Assembly (NCBI RefSeq): GCF_018977255.1
Contig: NW_024704743.1
Coordinates: 85,128,001-85,192,000, forward strand
From: Callorhinchus milii
Lineage: Eukaryota
DNA length: 64,000 bases
Direction of reading: 5' to 3'
Position numbers and translations under genes: made by a program. A model generated the notes under the pieces. It searched no databases and was not told the DNA's origin. It saw nothing but the letters and a program-made list of their open reading frames with translations. Below, piece after piece: positions 10,850 to 24,632 of this stretch. The number at the start of each line of letters is the position of its first letter. Position 1 is the stretch's first letter.

Positions 10850-11540
10850 GAGGCACAGGATCCCTCAACGTGAATAGTGAAAACTAATTGGGATTCGTAA
10901 AACAGTAGAGAAAATTGACACGTCACAAAGGACAAGGCTGTAAGGACTCTTAGATATGTTTTAAAGGGCAAAATGGCTGCCTATGTGATGCGAGGCAAGA
11001 CAATGAGGCAAGAAATCTTTGATCCTTTACAGTAATTGGAAGGTGCGGAGATGTATCCAAATTTATTGGGGGGACAAAAAGTCACTAATGGACATCAAAA
11101 GCAAAATTGGAGTCTTTGGATGTTCAGAAAGCATTTGAAGATGCAAAGCGCTGTCAAGGAAGAAGTAGGGAAAGTACAGTAAAATGTTTTCACAGCTCAT
11201 TGAGTTCAGTCCAGAATACTTTGAAAGAACTGATGTTTCAAGCGTTAATTATTCATAAAAGAAGCTGTTCAAGAACATTTAAGAACAGAGACAATAAATT
11301 TGAGCTGACTGCACCGTGTAAAATGTAGCTTTTTATGCAGCAAATTTATTATTATTTGAGTCTGTACCAGAGGTGGGGAGGTGGGTGCGGGAGCGGGGTG
11401 GTGATTCTTGGTGTTTCTGGTGGCTCTCAAAAAAATAATTTGATAAGAGTATATCACAAGAAACTTGCATTGAGAGAAATGTATAAAGATAAGGGGAGTG
11501 AGCAGGTTAGTGGGGTTAGACCAGTTGGCTCAGGTTGAGA
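10850..11540 (+). mobile_element. Highly decayed CR1-type RT fragment
   Basis: LDVQKAFE (cf. LDFxKAFD) at ~11117 and degenerate GVxQGSxL near 11512. Confidence 0.45.
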
Positions 11541-13053
11541 ATAACATCAGGGAAGATAGTTCCATGGTGGGAAAGCTGTTAGACAAGAAGCGTAAAATGT
11601 ATATTGGATAATTGATTGTTCAGTTTATTGAAACAAAGACTGGCGATTAATGTTAGTAAATCCAGTTAACTTGCTTTGACTAGTAGAGTACAATGAGAGT
11701 GAGTCTGGACCTTTCAAGTTGACCAGAATTATCATTGTGAATGCTGTAAGACCAATGACTGAAGGAGAAATTGCCTTCTGAGAAAATGAGCTGTAATTGT
11801 GCATCTGTTCTTCATAAGCCTGAAAACCAGCACCGTAATAGGTTTGCTCCAAGCTGGAAAAGCAGCAGGAAGCTTGCCAGTGTATTATACAAGTAAGTTA
11901 TGCAATTTTACATGGTTCAATTGCAGTATTGCTTTGCTGTTATTTATTTTGTCGCACATCAGAAAAGTATGTTTACTGTTGACTTGCCAGGTCTTGGGTT
12001 ATGAAGGAGAATATGCTGACTAACATGCATTATTTCGAATTTGTCTGCAGCATTTATAAAATGGAAACGCAATACCTTGTAATGTAGTCATATATCCTTT
12101 CAATATTGGCTCCGAGACATTGTCCTGTGTGAAGGGCGCAGTATAATACAAGTTGTTGTTGGGCTGCCTATTCTGAAATGTGTTTGTGAACCCTTCCTTC
12201 CTTCCTTTAGCTGTCCTCTTGATATACATATAACAATCTTACAACCTGTTCCACTCTACATGCTATAATGATAAAGATGGCGGATGGATTGGCAAAACAT
12301 TTGTTGCAGAGCATTAAATGTACTCAAATTGGGGTCTACGTGTGAGCGAATTCATGAATGTGTGCTTAACTTCTCACTGTTGTTTGTTTTAAAATGTTTC
12401 CAAATAGTGTTTTTTTTTCTCTCTTCCAATATCAGTTTTATTCTATCCTTCTGCTGGCCTGTGCTCCAATGGGTGCCCTCCGTCGTCCCCATCATCCATT
12501 TGTAAGTCTTTGACTGTCATAGGCTGTTTGACAACCAGGTACCGAGTATCACAGTCAAACCCCAAATTAGCCTCACTTAGGACATTGAGTAAACCTGTTG
12601 AGCCGGGTGAAGTTTGGATTTGGATGTGATCCTCTATCCTCCAGCTCATCCCTTCCCCACTCCTCGCCAGTATGAGTGTCTGCAAATTCTGCATTTGTTC
12701 TGCTGCAGCATTACAATAACAGATTAAGGAAGCAGTACAGATTTGGGAAGTATTAGTACTCTCCTGATACAAATAAAGACTTATTCATCATAAACCTTTG
12801 GATAAATCATTCTCTGGAAGCCAGCAGTAGTAATGAATCAATGTTGTGGTGTTGTCTGCACCAACATGGCTTACTAATAATGAGAAGTGTGATTAGTTGT
12901 TGAAGTCCTCCGTACAGAATCTACATTAAGAGCCATCAGACTTGATCAGAGAAGATAATTGAAATTGAACAATTATGTACAAATTTGTTTTCAAGACATT
13001 GGATCTGTGAACATTTTGTTAAGATTTTTAGTGCAGAGCTCCCAGTACCAGAG

Positions 13054-13380
13054 TAATAATAATCCTTGCAGTTGATGTAGCACCTTGTCATGTTGTTGAG
13101 ACATTTCAAAGCTCTTCACAGAGTACAGTGGAAGCCACTTTAGCTGGATGCCGGTTAACCCAGGACGCCGGACAAATCGGACGGCCCTGATTCATTTGTA
13201 TTTTAACCTCTATTAGATATGCCTGTTAATTTGGACCAAAATAGGGGAAGAGGTAAGAGAACTTTGGTTAGCCTTGGACGCCACTTAAGCCAGACAAAAT
13301 GCCTGGACCCGATGTGTCCTGTTTAACGGCTTCCACTATATATTATAAAGTTGAATGACTGGTGTACTTTGTGGACGAGA
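13054..13380 (-). mobile_element. SINE 3' fragment interrupted by a MITE
   Basis: aataataatccttgca..gctcttcacagagta resumes after the insertion as tattataaag..tttgtggacga, matching the SINE consensus. Confidence 0.7.
13126..13338. mobile_element. Tc1/mariner (Tigger-like) non-autonomous DNA transposon (MITE), ~213 bp
   Basis: Terminal inverted repeats cagtggaagcc / ggcttccacta flanked by TA dinucleotides (13124-5, 13339-40). Confidence 0.75.
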
Positions 13381-14929
13381 GTAATCAAGTTCATGGCTCT
13401 AATTTGGTGCCGGATATTCATTTTCATTGAGTTTTATTTTTTGCCAGCCAGCTTATAATAGTCATAATCCTTGCCTTTCATTTCACTTCACTTTGAGAGA
13501 TGAAAAGTGAGACCAGTTAACTTGACAGAGTTTAAGTATTGAACATGGTCTGTGTGATCTGTTATCACACTGGTTGGTTCGTCTTGCGTTGACTTGGCTA
13601 CATTTGAGTGTGTCCAACTGTTATAAGTATGAACATGCAGTAGTGTATATGTATGTATATGGGGGATACACATAGAGACATTTCATGAAACTTCTCCTTC
13701 AAAAATGTGTCAAAATAAAATCTGCTTTTATGCACATTAGAATTGCTTATCAGATCCCCCCCCCCCCCCCCAAGGCAATGGACATGAAATCATCAAACTG
13801 TTTAAGATCAGAATTTCAGATTTATTCACATAATTAAATGGAGAGGAACCGGCGTGCTGGAAATTAACTATACTGGTCATGGTGGGTTCGGCCAGAACTT
13901 TAAAGGTGGTGGATAATTTGAGAGTTTATCTTGGCTTTATAGAGGGTTTTTAAGGGCAATGAGGCACGGTTAGAAGGGTAAATATCAATGCAGAAAGAAT
14001 GATGGACGAGGGGTAGGCAAGCTTTAAGATGTGACACATCAGTGATCTCTTCAGAAATACAGTCATCATGTCTGCACTGGCTTTGAAAGTGCACTCCACT
14101 CAGTCCTATTTACCTGCCCTTTCTCCATGTCTCTGCAAATTGCTTCTTTTAGAGAACCAGATTTAAGAGAGGTAACACTGACTTGTTAATTATGCAATTT
14201 GTGTTGTCTCATACCTTACTGAAGCAAAAAACATCTGTGGCAAATTTCACAAGGCTCTTAAATCTGGATAAAACATCAAAAATTGTGTCCAAGGGAGATT
14301 GATATACTTTTTTTTGCTGCTGACATTTCATTTTAGCATAAAAACAGAAATCATCTGAAGAGTTTTCAGTTTTCTGCTTGCTATTTCGTCAGGGAAACAA
14401 CAGCTCAGAAACCAAGCTTGAATGGACAGCACAAGTACAACTGTGAGCAGGAGTTGGCAAGTCCACGGCTAATTGTCTGGAGATGTTACCTTTGATAATG
14501 AAAAGCTATGAGAAGGAGAAACATCAAAGTATCTTTGTGTTGTCACTCTGATGTCCGGAAACATGGTGTAGAAGAGGAGGCAGTGCTGCATTTCAAAGCA
14601 CTGTGACTTTTACCTCCCTTGTTCAGTTGTTTTTCCTTAGGCCTTCGTTTGGCAGGGATGCTGGTGATCAACTGTTGCCTTGGAAAGAAGTGGATTTTCA
14701 TTCAGCACTTGCTCCAGCACAAACAGCTGGGTACGATCACTGCCATACACTGAAAGGCCAGGAGCATTGTCAGCTCATATCGCAGCCTCCGCTATAATTT
14801 GTTAGTCATGTGTCTAATTAACTGGCCCTTGCCCTTGTGTATCGTTGCCTTCTCCACCTGACATCTGACCACACAGAGTTGTGTTAGCTGTTGTACCCTA
14901 CTACTGAAATCATTCCCAAATTGTGGAAT

Positions 14930-15450
14930 CACCAGGGGACCCCCAGAACAAATCTCTCTAGAACTCCACTGGCTATTGCCACCCAGGTAGATTGATCACC
15001 ATCCTCACCTCTTTTTGCAAAGCCAATTCTGAACCACCTGGATAATGTAATCTCTCAACCATCAAGAGATTCACATAAGGACAATTGTCAAAGACTTTTT
15101 GAACATCCAAGTCATTTATGTCATCTGGTTAGTTCTCGTCAGCTTTCAGCCTATAAGATGTGACTTACCACTTTGAAAACCGTGTTACGACTCTCCATTG
15201 TGATATTGATATTCTCGGTCAGCACTTTTTATGGAACGAGTAAAGCAACTGTTCCACTGTAGTTGTTAGACTGACTTGCCTGCAATTATCAGGTTCACGC
15301 TCTTAGTGGGATGACGTGCTATCCTCAATTCTCTAATACCGTTCCAATGTATCTGGAGCTCCTAAAAAAATCATTCAAAACATCACTCATTTTCTCCTTC
15401 AGTTCCTTGAGAATTTGATTGCATCTTATCTGGCTCCCATGCCTTGCTGA
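14930..15450 (-). mobile_element. Decayed CR1-type RT fragment
   Basis: Minus strand gives PDNCRQVSLT (cf. NYRPVSLT) and LDVQKVFD motifs. Confidence 0.55.
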
Positions 15451-15577
15451 TGTTTTATACCTTCATGTTTCAACATAATGTTTGTTTTATTAAAGTTTGG
15501 CCAAGCAAGTTATGGATCCTTTGACCACATTTATCCTATCTGGGATTTGTGGTTTCTAATGCAAAATGTAGTTTATA

Positions 15578-15942
15578 ATTATTGTTGCATTTGATATAGT
15601 GGCTTTCACATTGGGAGGACAGCTCAAAGTGCTTTACAGGATTCACTGTAAAGTGTAGTGACTATTTTTTAGGCTAATTTTCACACGGCAATGTTGCACA
15701 ATCAGCAGTGAAGTGAGAGTTTTATTTAGGGGACAATTGTTCAGGAAATCTTGAGACTTTCCCTTCTCTTTTCTAGTAGTGCCATAAGCTCTTTAAAATG
15801 AACCTGAATAGGCAAACACGACCTTGGCTTAACATCTCAGTGTTGTATTGCAGTAGAGTAATTTTGTTGTTGTTGTTATTGTAGGGCTTGAACTCAAAAC
15901 CTTCTGCCTTGGGGACGAGAGTGCTACCAACTGAGCCAGGTT
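15578..15942 (-). mobile_element. Old DeuSINE/SacSINE1-like SINE
   Basis: Head ctggctcagttggtagcactctcg and L2-type tail; diverged. Confidence 0.7.
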
Positions 15943-18900
15943 GTTGTCCCACAAAAGGGTCCCTACTACACTGACAGAATATCTATGGCTAGTTGTCTGT
16001 CTGCCCTTTTTTGAATCGAAAGCTTAATTTTAGACTTAAAGAAAAATGTTTTCTTTCAAGAATCTACAAAGAACTGCAGTTGGCACCCTCTGTTTTACTG
16101 TAATTGCTCTTCAGCAAAGGATGATAGAACTCTTTAACAGCTAGATATGATTCTATCCAATGCGATGGTATTAAATCTAAAGCCCTGCGGTGGTTTGTCT
16201 GAAATTAAAATGGGTGAAATTAGATTTGTGGGTCCCTAATTAAAGTTCAAAGAAGATATTGTTGGAATTGGATTGAAGTCTTACTTTCTTTCATTTGGAA
16301 GCATGCTCCAGTGAGTTTTGTTCACTCTTGTTTGTGTTGATTTTCTGTTTAGAAAACAAAATTAATTATTTATAGTGTAGTGATAATTGTGGCATGGCTG
16401 TGAAAAAAAGATTGATAACTGTAATAAACACCATCAGTAGCCACATGCAACATCTGAAGTTTTCTTATTGATTTTCAAGCTGGAGCTGTTGTAAACTGTT
16501 TAACTGCTTTGCCGTTATTTTAGTGCTGGATACAGACTTGAAGGTTGTAGGCCAGTTAATTATCAGTACTGTGGTAGGGCACCTGATGATGCAAGTAATG
16601 TAATGCCATTCACCTTTGGGGACCTAGGTTTGACTCCAAACCAAAGTGAAGGATGCAAGTCCTGCATGTATGTGCATGCCTCTCTTTCATTCATCCTTCC
16701 CTTCTCATGCCTCCCTTCCTTCCTCCATTCCAAACAAACAAAATCTGGAACAAAAATAAAATTATAAATCCAACCAAGCCTGCTTGTAGCTCAGGCTACA
16801 TATAATTGTCTTGTCTATCTGTTCATCCTTGTTCAGCTTCCCTGGCTCGCTAACACCCAGCGTACTTAATTCAAGATCCTCATGCCTCCATAGACTCACC
16901 CCAGCCAACCGGGACCGCTGGTATACTAATTTGCTTTAATGGAATCATTCTATTTCCCAACATTAATATTCCTCACCTTGACTAGAACACACTGCCCTTA
17001 CCACTGCCTTCCCAAATAATTGTGGTGGGTTTCTCTACTATGATACACTTGGTCCCAACCTCTCAGCAGTAATCTTTTCTCAGCAGCTGCTCCTGCACAG
17101 GAAACATTAGAGGCCTAAAACATCTCCTAGTCTTAGCCTTAAAACGTTTGTCTTTAAAATGTAAACTCGGGCCTCAGGAGTGTTAAACCAGTGTATTTTT
17201 TGTGTGTTCGCTGAGCACGGTTTGATGGAGATACGCTTGTATTTTGCGTTACCTCGGTGCCTCTGTCACACACGGTGCAACAAAAAGGACCAACGGCAGT
17301 CAGCACAAAACTGGGATTGACTTTTTGTATTTTGGCATGGAGACCCGCTGTGAACAGTTTGTTGCTGAGTATGCGATCAGAATGTCATTAGAGCATTCCG
17401 TGTTGAGGAATTTACTTTGATACAATCGCCACAAGCTATTAATCATGACTACTTCAGTGAACCAAAACAGATTTCATTTTTACCATCAAAAGGATCAAGA
17501 TACTGTTTTTTTTTAAAAAAACATGGTTATTTGAAAAGATGTGTGGTGAATTTCGCCTCCTCCAGATTAGGTGCCTGTGGCACAAGGACAGGCGGCTGTA
17601 ATTGGTCCAACAAATTATTGTGTCATCACAAAAACTTTTCACTCACAAGTTAAGGAAAAAAATAACGAGAAACATTATACCTTCATCAATCAACTCAGCA
17701 CTCTCCTAATATTTGACAATTGAGCACTCTCCTAATATTTGACACACTGGTATGTTTGTCTCTTTTAAAAACAAGATGCTTGACAGTGGATAAATAATAA
17801 TAATAATAATAATAATAATCCTTGCATTTGATATAGTGCTTTTCACGTCGGGAGGACGTCCGTACTACTCAGTGGTACAAGTCAGGAAAGCCCCAATTCA
17901 ATCCAAATCTATGGTGTTACTTTATCACTCTACAGTGAAAACTGTACAGGTATCACAATTTACTTCAGTCCTCATGGGGTTAAAAGAAGGGGAAAATAAA
18001 TAGCTAGGGCACTGAATTTCCAAATTGTAGCATGTGGGCCAGTGCTATTTTATCAGCACCAACACATGCTACAATGATTGCCAGGGACCATGTCAGCAGA
18101 CCTGGGTAGGACTTAACCAATGTGGTATTGTTAATAAGGCTCCAATCCCCATTATAAGTGCGGGTCCACTCCTACCTTATGTGTGGTACACTTCCAGCTT
18201 CCATTCTATGCAGGAAATGTTGATGATGTTACTTCAGTGTGGTCCGTGTGCTCTATGAGCAGGAAGCATCACTGACGATGCATTAAGCAGGATTCAACAT
18301 TTTCAACACTTCCTGTGCATAGTGCAAAAATGTAGTACACAGGAAGTGACACCTGTGCTAACCTGGAAGCGCTGATCGACAGCCATTTGAAAGGCGCTAT
18401 ATCAACGGCAGTGTTATTATTTTTAATGATATCTGGTAATTGCTGCCAATCTGTCTCGTGGTTTGTAATTTCTTATCAAGAATGACCATCCAGGTATTTT
18501 GTATTTCATTGAATGTCTGGGAAAATATCTAAAATAAAATGGCAAGGTTTATTCAGTGCTGCTGTTTGCTCCATTTCTTTCTCTAGGTGCTGCCTGTGAA
18601 CTACTGTGTGTAAATATTCTTGTGGTAGAAATTGGTTATTGCTATAGTCTAACCCTACTGCACTGTTTCATTGCATTGAAGTAAGAAACTTCAGATCAGT
18701 TTTCACAGATTAAATCAATATTAAAAACAGAGGCTTCGCTGAACCTGCGACTCAGGATTTTCAACTTCTACAGCCTTGCTTTTATTTACACATTGTATAT
18801 TGAATTTCAAACTTGACATGTATGAATAAGATTTTCATTTGTTTGAAAATGAGACATCAAATACTGAGCAGTGTGGAGAGTGAGCTTCTCATCCAGCCCT

Positions 18901-19671
18901 TGTTCATAAAACAGGAGCAGAAGTTTACATAACTCCTGTTACATTGAATCCATCAACGTGAGATCCTGAGACTCTCCCACCCCCCACACACTCTCCTCAA
19001 CATGTTGGAAGATGAAAAGAGCACATATCTTACTCTATCTCCAGAGGACAATTTTCTTTCCTTTTGCCTTCCCCTTGCAAATTCAACTTCCCATAGTGGG
19101 AAGTCTGCAGAGATTCGTAGATGTGGAGGGCCAGAGAGCATCCCTCAGAGTTAGTTTTTGAAATTCCTATTCTTTCAGTCTTCCAACACTCTGCAGTCCT
19201 TTCTCAAATTTAATGGAAGAGCCTTAGTTCTGTACTTCAGAAAAGTAATCTCTTCGGGTTCAATTTTCTAGGGGGATCATGACAGTAGCTCTACATTTCC
19301 CTTCAAGGATAATGAGACATTTTGCAATTCATAAAGATTGACAGGACTATTATACACAAGCAGAGCGAAGTAGCGAGCACAGAGAGAACGAATGCAAATT
19401 GATCATTATATTATGAACTCAAGGTATGCTCTCTACTGATCCCCAAATGCAGATCGTTGGTAGATCAAGATGTCCTGATTCACATTGCACCTATCCTTTC
19501 CAGTTCAGCAAATGTCTGAAAGAGTGCAGTGCACTATAATACTGGGAGAAAAGGAATATTCTGTCTTTCCTGATTCTTATTTGCAGCTACACTTTGTATC
19601 AAGGCCACTAAAAAAATCTGAATTTGGAGTATCTAAAAAATTCAGTTTTGCTTCCTATTGACTATTGCTCT

Positions 19672-19997
19672 TAATAATAATAATATATAATAATCCTTGC
19701 ATTTGATATAGCGCTTTTCACGTCGGGAGGACGTCCCAAAGCGCTTCACAGAACACACTGTAAAGTGAATTGACTGTATATTTGTGGGCGAACGCGGCAG
19801 CCAATTGCGCACAGCAATGTCCCACAAACAGTCGTGGATTGAAAATGACCAATTTATTATTGTTTTTTGTTTTGGAGGGATTATTATTAGGCGTGTGGAG
19901 TAAGGAAACTTGCCCAAGGTTTCGCCCTGCCTGGAATTGAACTCAGGTCTCTCGCTTGCAAAGCGAGTGCTCTAACCACTGAGCTACAGGACTCCAC
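19672..19997 (-). mobile_element. tRNA-Ala-headed SINE, short form, young
   Basis: Full head to (att)n tail; 7 differences over ~307 nt from the copy at 34039-34366 by manual comparison. Confidence 0.93.
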
Positions 19998-20819
19998 AAT
20001 CTTTAGTAATATTAAAATGCAAGACTTGGGGCTGGTCTCAGGTACTGTTTGTTTACAGTGATTTTTGCCTGCAGTTTATCAAATGGTCAACATAATGAAA
20101 TCTGTATAGAATTTTAAATAGATTACAGTACTGTAATGAAGCACTTCATTTGCATTTGTTAATTCATGTTTGCCCCTTTCCTCCCAGGACTCTGAGTACA
20201 GTTCTTTGCATTTTGTTATTTTTAAGCCCCCTTTTGAGCTGACGGTGCTATAAAGACAGTTTTTATCAATTAAGAGGGAAAGTAAATATTACATTTTCTG
20301 GCTTTAGTTGCTCGCCTTATTCACATTAAGTGCGGAAACCGTTGATATTAACAATTGATGCCATTTACTCTTCTGAAAATGCTGGTAATGCAAAGCCTTG
20401 GTTACTTCTCTTGGATCAAAATACCCTTTGAGACTGCTGTTGGGTTTATTTGTAATAATTAAAGAGTTAGCCTATTCTATTAGTTTGTCTGCTTTGGCAA
20501 GTGCATGGAATTCCCGTACCCCTGAGCAATCTTGTCTTCAATTTCACCCCTTTGTGTTAAGTATATTCCTAGGAGCTTTTGTAACTGAGTGGTGTGGGAT
20601 ATGCCTGAATGTATGCAGTTCCTGAGACCTAACTTTTTAACGCACGATTATTGTGACAGTGCATTGTGTCCACTTTTGGTAATGTTCTGGATTTGTATTT
20701 CCTTACTTATCAGTAACCAAGCAATTCAAGCAAGGAAGTTTAATATTTACTTTCCCTCTTAATGTGTTGTAGTCTTGGTAATAAATTCACACACGCTAAT
20801 TCACACTCACAAGTGACTG

Positions 20820-21125
20820 TACTGTCCTGAAAGTTGCTCAGAAACGAAAACAACGTACTCAGTCTTGACCAACAGCCAAATAAATTTCGCCATTCACTCC
20901 ATGGCTGTTTGTGGAATATTGCTGTGCATAAATTGGTTGCTGCGTTCGCCCACAAAATATACACAGTCAGACCTCTTCACAATATATCCTATGAACCGCT
21001 TTGAGATATCTTGATAGCATGATAACAACAAGATTACATTTGTATAGCGGCTTTTACTTCGGGAGGACGATATATCGTCGGGAGGACGATATTTGATATA
21101 AGGCACTATATTAAACACAAGGATT
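20820..21125 (-). mobile_element. Mosaic of SINE body and tail fragments
   Basis: SINE 3'-half motifs (ctgtttgtgg..aattggttgctgcgttcgcccacaaaatata, actually + orientation) and tail pieces in both orientations; strand call is therefore nominal. Confidence 0.5.
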
Positions 21126-21884
21126 ATTCTATATTTGATTCTTCCAAATGCAGAACTTTGTTTGCATCATTCACAGGTATTTTCTGCATTTTCCCGAATT
21201 CGGAGCCTGGAATCCGATTTGCCAAAGCACTGCTGTTTTTGAAATTTACAGTATGTGTTTGAGCTACATGTCCATGCACGTGAATCACTTCAGGATTTTT
21301 TCACCTTTCCTTTCCACAGACCATTTCTGTCAAGAATATTTATCAACATAAAATCTATTCGGAAGTGATTCATAAGTTTATTTATTATTTCCTCTCATTT
21401 CGCCGTTGGCCCCTTTCATGTTCATGTCCAGAGTCAAAGCACTTGGTTCTAATGCAGTTTGATATCTAGCTGTAGCTGTGCACTTTTTCCTGTGACCATT
21501 TGTTTTAGGCACTTTAGCAGTGTGGAAGCTCTTTAATGGACTTCACCTGAATTTTTGTGCAGTTCCTCAGCCTGCTGATGAGCTGCCTCAGCTTCTGTGC
21601 TGTTGTCAAATTATTATAAGTAATTATAAGTGATCACCTTCAGTCATCATTTGTGAATTCCTATCTCCCACCCCCCGAACCTTAAATTTTATCCCTTAAT
21701 GTTTCCCTCATGAGATGTTCATACCTTTAATTTCTGGAAAATATCCTTAAGATGGTGGGAAACTGATCGGATATTTCACCTGCGTCATGTTTTGTTTTTA
21801 TCCAGTTTTCTCCCCCCCTCTTCTTCAAGGTGGTGACTCATATTAGGATATGGTTCCATGGGGTAGGCAGCCCTTTAGTCTCTC

Positions 21885-22240
21885 ACCTGTGTGACCATTC
21901 TTCACGTGTGAGCTTTGATGGTGAGTGTCAGCAGGCTGTTTGATCGTGTCAGGCATCACAGCCGAGCCCAATAATGTCCTCACTCTACATCCACTACCCC
22001 CAACCCCCCGCACTTTCCTGCGGGGAGGGGTGGGTGTCACTGGATAATGATCAGAAGCAGGAACCCAGTTCTTTTTCTTAACCTTCCACACTTCCCTCAC
22101 AGACAGCAACGCTGAGACTTATTTCAGTGCTCCCCAACTACTCCAGCTGAAACCAGCGAAGTTGGCAAAGTGAAGCCTGAGACCTGCCCAATCTGTGTCT
22201 CAGCACCACAATATTTGGTGCATTCACACTCTGAGCAAAT
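21885..22240 (-). mobile_element. Ancient SINE-like interspersed repeat (unclassified)
   Basis: Shares ggctgtttga..catcacagccgagccc and cactttcc..cactgg motifs with weaker copies near 12510-12600 and 24950-25095. Confidence 0.45.
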
Positions 22241-24175
22241 CATAGGAGCGTCCTCTGTCTTTCTAATGGCTATGTTGAATACACGGCTTTCAAATGTAAT
22301 TTTTTTTCCTCCTAGAGTTTTTTTTCTCTCTCCAACCGATGAGGTAGCCTTGTACTTTTTCATCCTCCTGCAATGTATACGGTGTGCCTCTTGTGCTTAT
22401 TCATGAATGAGGTGTAAGAGTCCTGGGCTGGTAGCTTTTTTTGTTGCATTCAGAGAGAGCTTAAATCATGTGGCTAATTGAGTTTCCTTGATCTGTGTTC
22501 TCAATCCATTTAATCAGCAAATACCACCTTCCTGAACAATAATTTTTTCTCAATGCTTTCTCTCTCTTTGTCTTTATTTGTATTTTTCACAAAGTTGCCC
22601 AACGTACACAATAGTTTCCCATGTACAACAGGAACCTCTCTGCTCGTAATGGAGCAATCATTGTTTTTGAAAAAAATGCTATTCCATCTAAATGAATAAG
22701 GATGACTTTTGTCCAGTTTGGACAAATTAGCTAGCCAAACTGAGGCTTATGAACCTGAAAAGGAGACGTGTGGACCATTCATTGTGGAGTTGAAGTTTTA
22801 GAAAGTCTCATCAGTAACTGGTCACAGTTAGTGCACAATTCCTTTGTCTCTGGGATCTCAGTTTAGATCCAGCACTGCTGATGGTTGATTGTTTGATTTT
22901 GTCTTTACCTACGTTTTGGGGGTAGTTGTGAGGAGCCTATTGAAGGTGTATTCTGTCTTCTTGCAATCCAGAGGGAAAAGGCTCGCAAGAAAAAAAACTG
23001 CCCAGAAGTGGGAGCAAAATGGGCATCAAATCAGCAATCTTTGACCACAAAGGTAGCTGAAGTGGTCAACAGAAAGATTACTTCTGGTGTGGTAGTGGAA
23101 ATTCTTGCAAACCAAGATTATGGTATGATCTTGAAGAGGAAAAGCGATCACCAATTGATTGTGTGTTTGTGTATATATCTGACTTTGAATAATGCTATCA
23201 ATAGGTGCCCCAAATACAATACAAAATTACATTTGTATAGTTCCTTTCATGTCAGGACAACATCCTGGGGCGCTGGGATGTCAATGTATTCCATTCTTTA
23301 GAGCCTTGGGACGTCCTCCTGACGTGAAAGGCGCTCTATAAATGTAATTTTGTTGTAGTTGCTGTTTAGCACTACCATTCTTCCTCTTGATGACCAAGAA
23401 ACACATAGGGAAAAGTGAAATTTTGCATATTAAGGAAATGTGTATTTATAGCGCTTGAAAGAAAGGTGTTTCTGCGCCTCTCAGGAACTACTCTCCATTC
23501 GCATTTAAGGAGAGATTGTGCACACAGTATTCAAGTCCACTGTGACTAACCCGTCAGGAAGTGATTTTAATGAGGCTCCTCTGTTTCTAGAATAAAATCG
23601 ACATCCAGAGGGGCAGCCCAGAAAAAAAAAGGAGCTTGCTGATTTTTCAAAGCCTGAGCCATCTTGGTTAGAGCGATGAGAGACGTTTTCCAATGGATGT
23701 ACAAAAGGAGTATCGCTGTTACAGACATAAAGAGGTCACCCACCGTCTGTGGACTGGCCCTCGCTACTAGTGGAAACGACATTGTACTGAGAAGGAAAAC
23801 TGCATTTTGTATCTCTTGTTTAATCATGTGAAGTTCTTATTGTAGCTGTGAGGGCCAAATGGGTCGCGTGACCTATGGAGATTGGTATCTGAGCTTAGTA
23901 AAGGGGCTGAGTATTTATAGGGGATAATGTAAGGAGATGGCATGTGCACAGATCAGTCTGATTTCTGTCAATCTGGCAGCTCATCGAAAGAATGTCATGC
24001 ACATTAGGTTCTTTGGAATTTTTGTGTGTGTATATATTTATTTGTTGGGGGGAAGGAGGAGAAAAAGAAAATACAATCTACTGTATTGTTCACTAGTTAT
24101 TATTTTAAAATGAACATTGGTGTGACTATTACAATACATCTTTATCTGTGGAGCTCTACTGTGACTCTTTTAGTA

Positions 24176-24632
24176 ATTCACCAGAATGATACCAGGGCTA
24201 AAAGGGCTAAATTATGAGGACAGGTTGCATCAACTTGATCTATATTGCCTTGAGTCTAGAAGGTTGAGGGAAGATCTAATTGAGATGTTAAAAATGATAA
24301 GGGGGTTTGATATGGTAGATACAGAGAAACTATTTCCTCTGATGTGGGAATGCGGATCAAGGGCTATAATCTTAACATTAGAGCTAGGCCATTAAGGAGT
24401 AAAATCAGGAAGCACTTTTTCACACAAAGGGTAGTGGAAGTCTGGAACTCTCTCCCCCAAAAGGCTGTGTGTGCTGGTTCAATTCAAATTTTCAAGACTG
24501 AGGTGAATAGATATTTGTTAGGTAAGGGTGTCAAGGCATATGGGTAAATGGAGTTCAGGTACAGATCAGCCATAATCTTATAGAATGGCGGAACAGGCTT
24601 AAGGGGCTGAATGGCCTACTCGTGTTCCTATG
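24176..24632 (+). mobile_element. CR1 LINE 3' end (RT C-terminus plus 3' UTR)
   Basis: ORFs MIPGLKGLNYEDRL..RRLREDLIE and HFFTQRVVEVWNSLP; 3' UTR gaatggcctactc..gttcctatg. Confidence 0.9.

Noticed and set aside
17160..17450. CpG-retaining non-repeat patch, possible conserved enhancer (similar patches near 23430-23830 and 46060-46300)
   Set aside because: Cannot be supported without cross-species alignment or chromatin data
17697..17744. 22-bp direct duplication agcactctcctaatatttgaca
   Set aside because: Ordinary local slippage duplication
19271..19444. GGGGATCA/TGATCCCC terminal stem with CTGA, snoRNA-like
   Set aside because: No proper C box (ATGACAG rather than RTGATGA); an 8-bp match can arise by chance
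19920..19997. tRNA gene-like sequences (also 5868, 33413, 34290, 36343, 49759, 59296)
   Set aside because: All are SINE heads continuing into a body and L2-type tail, not stand-alone tRNA genes
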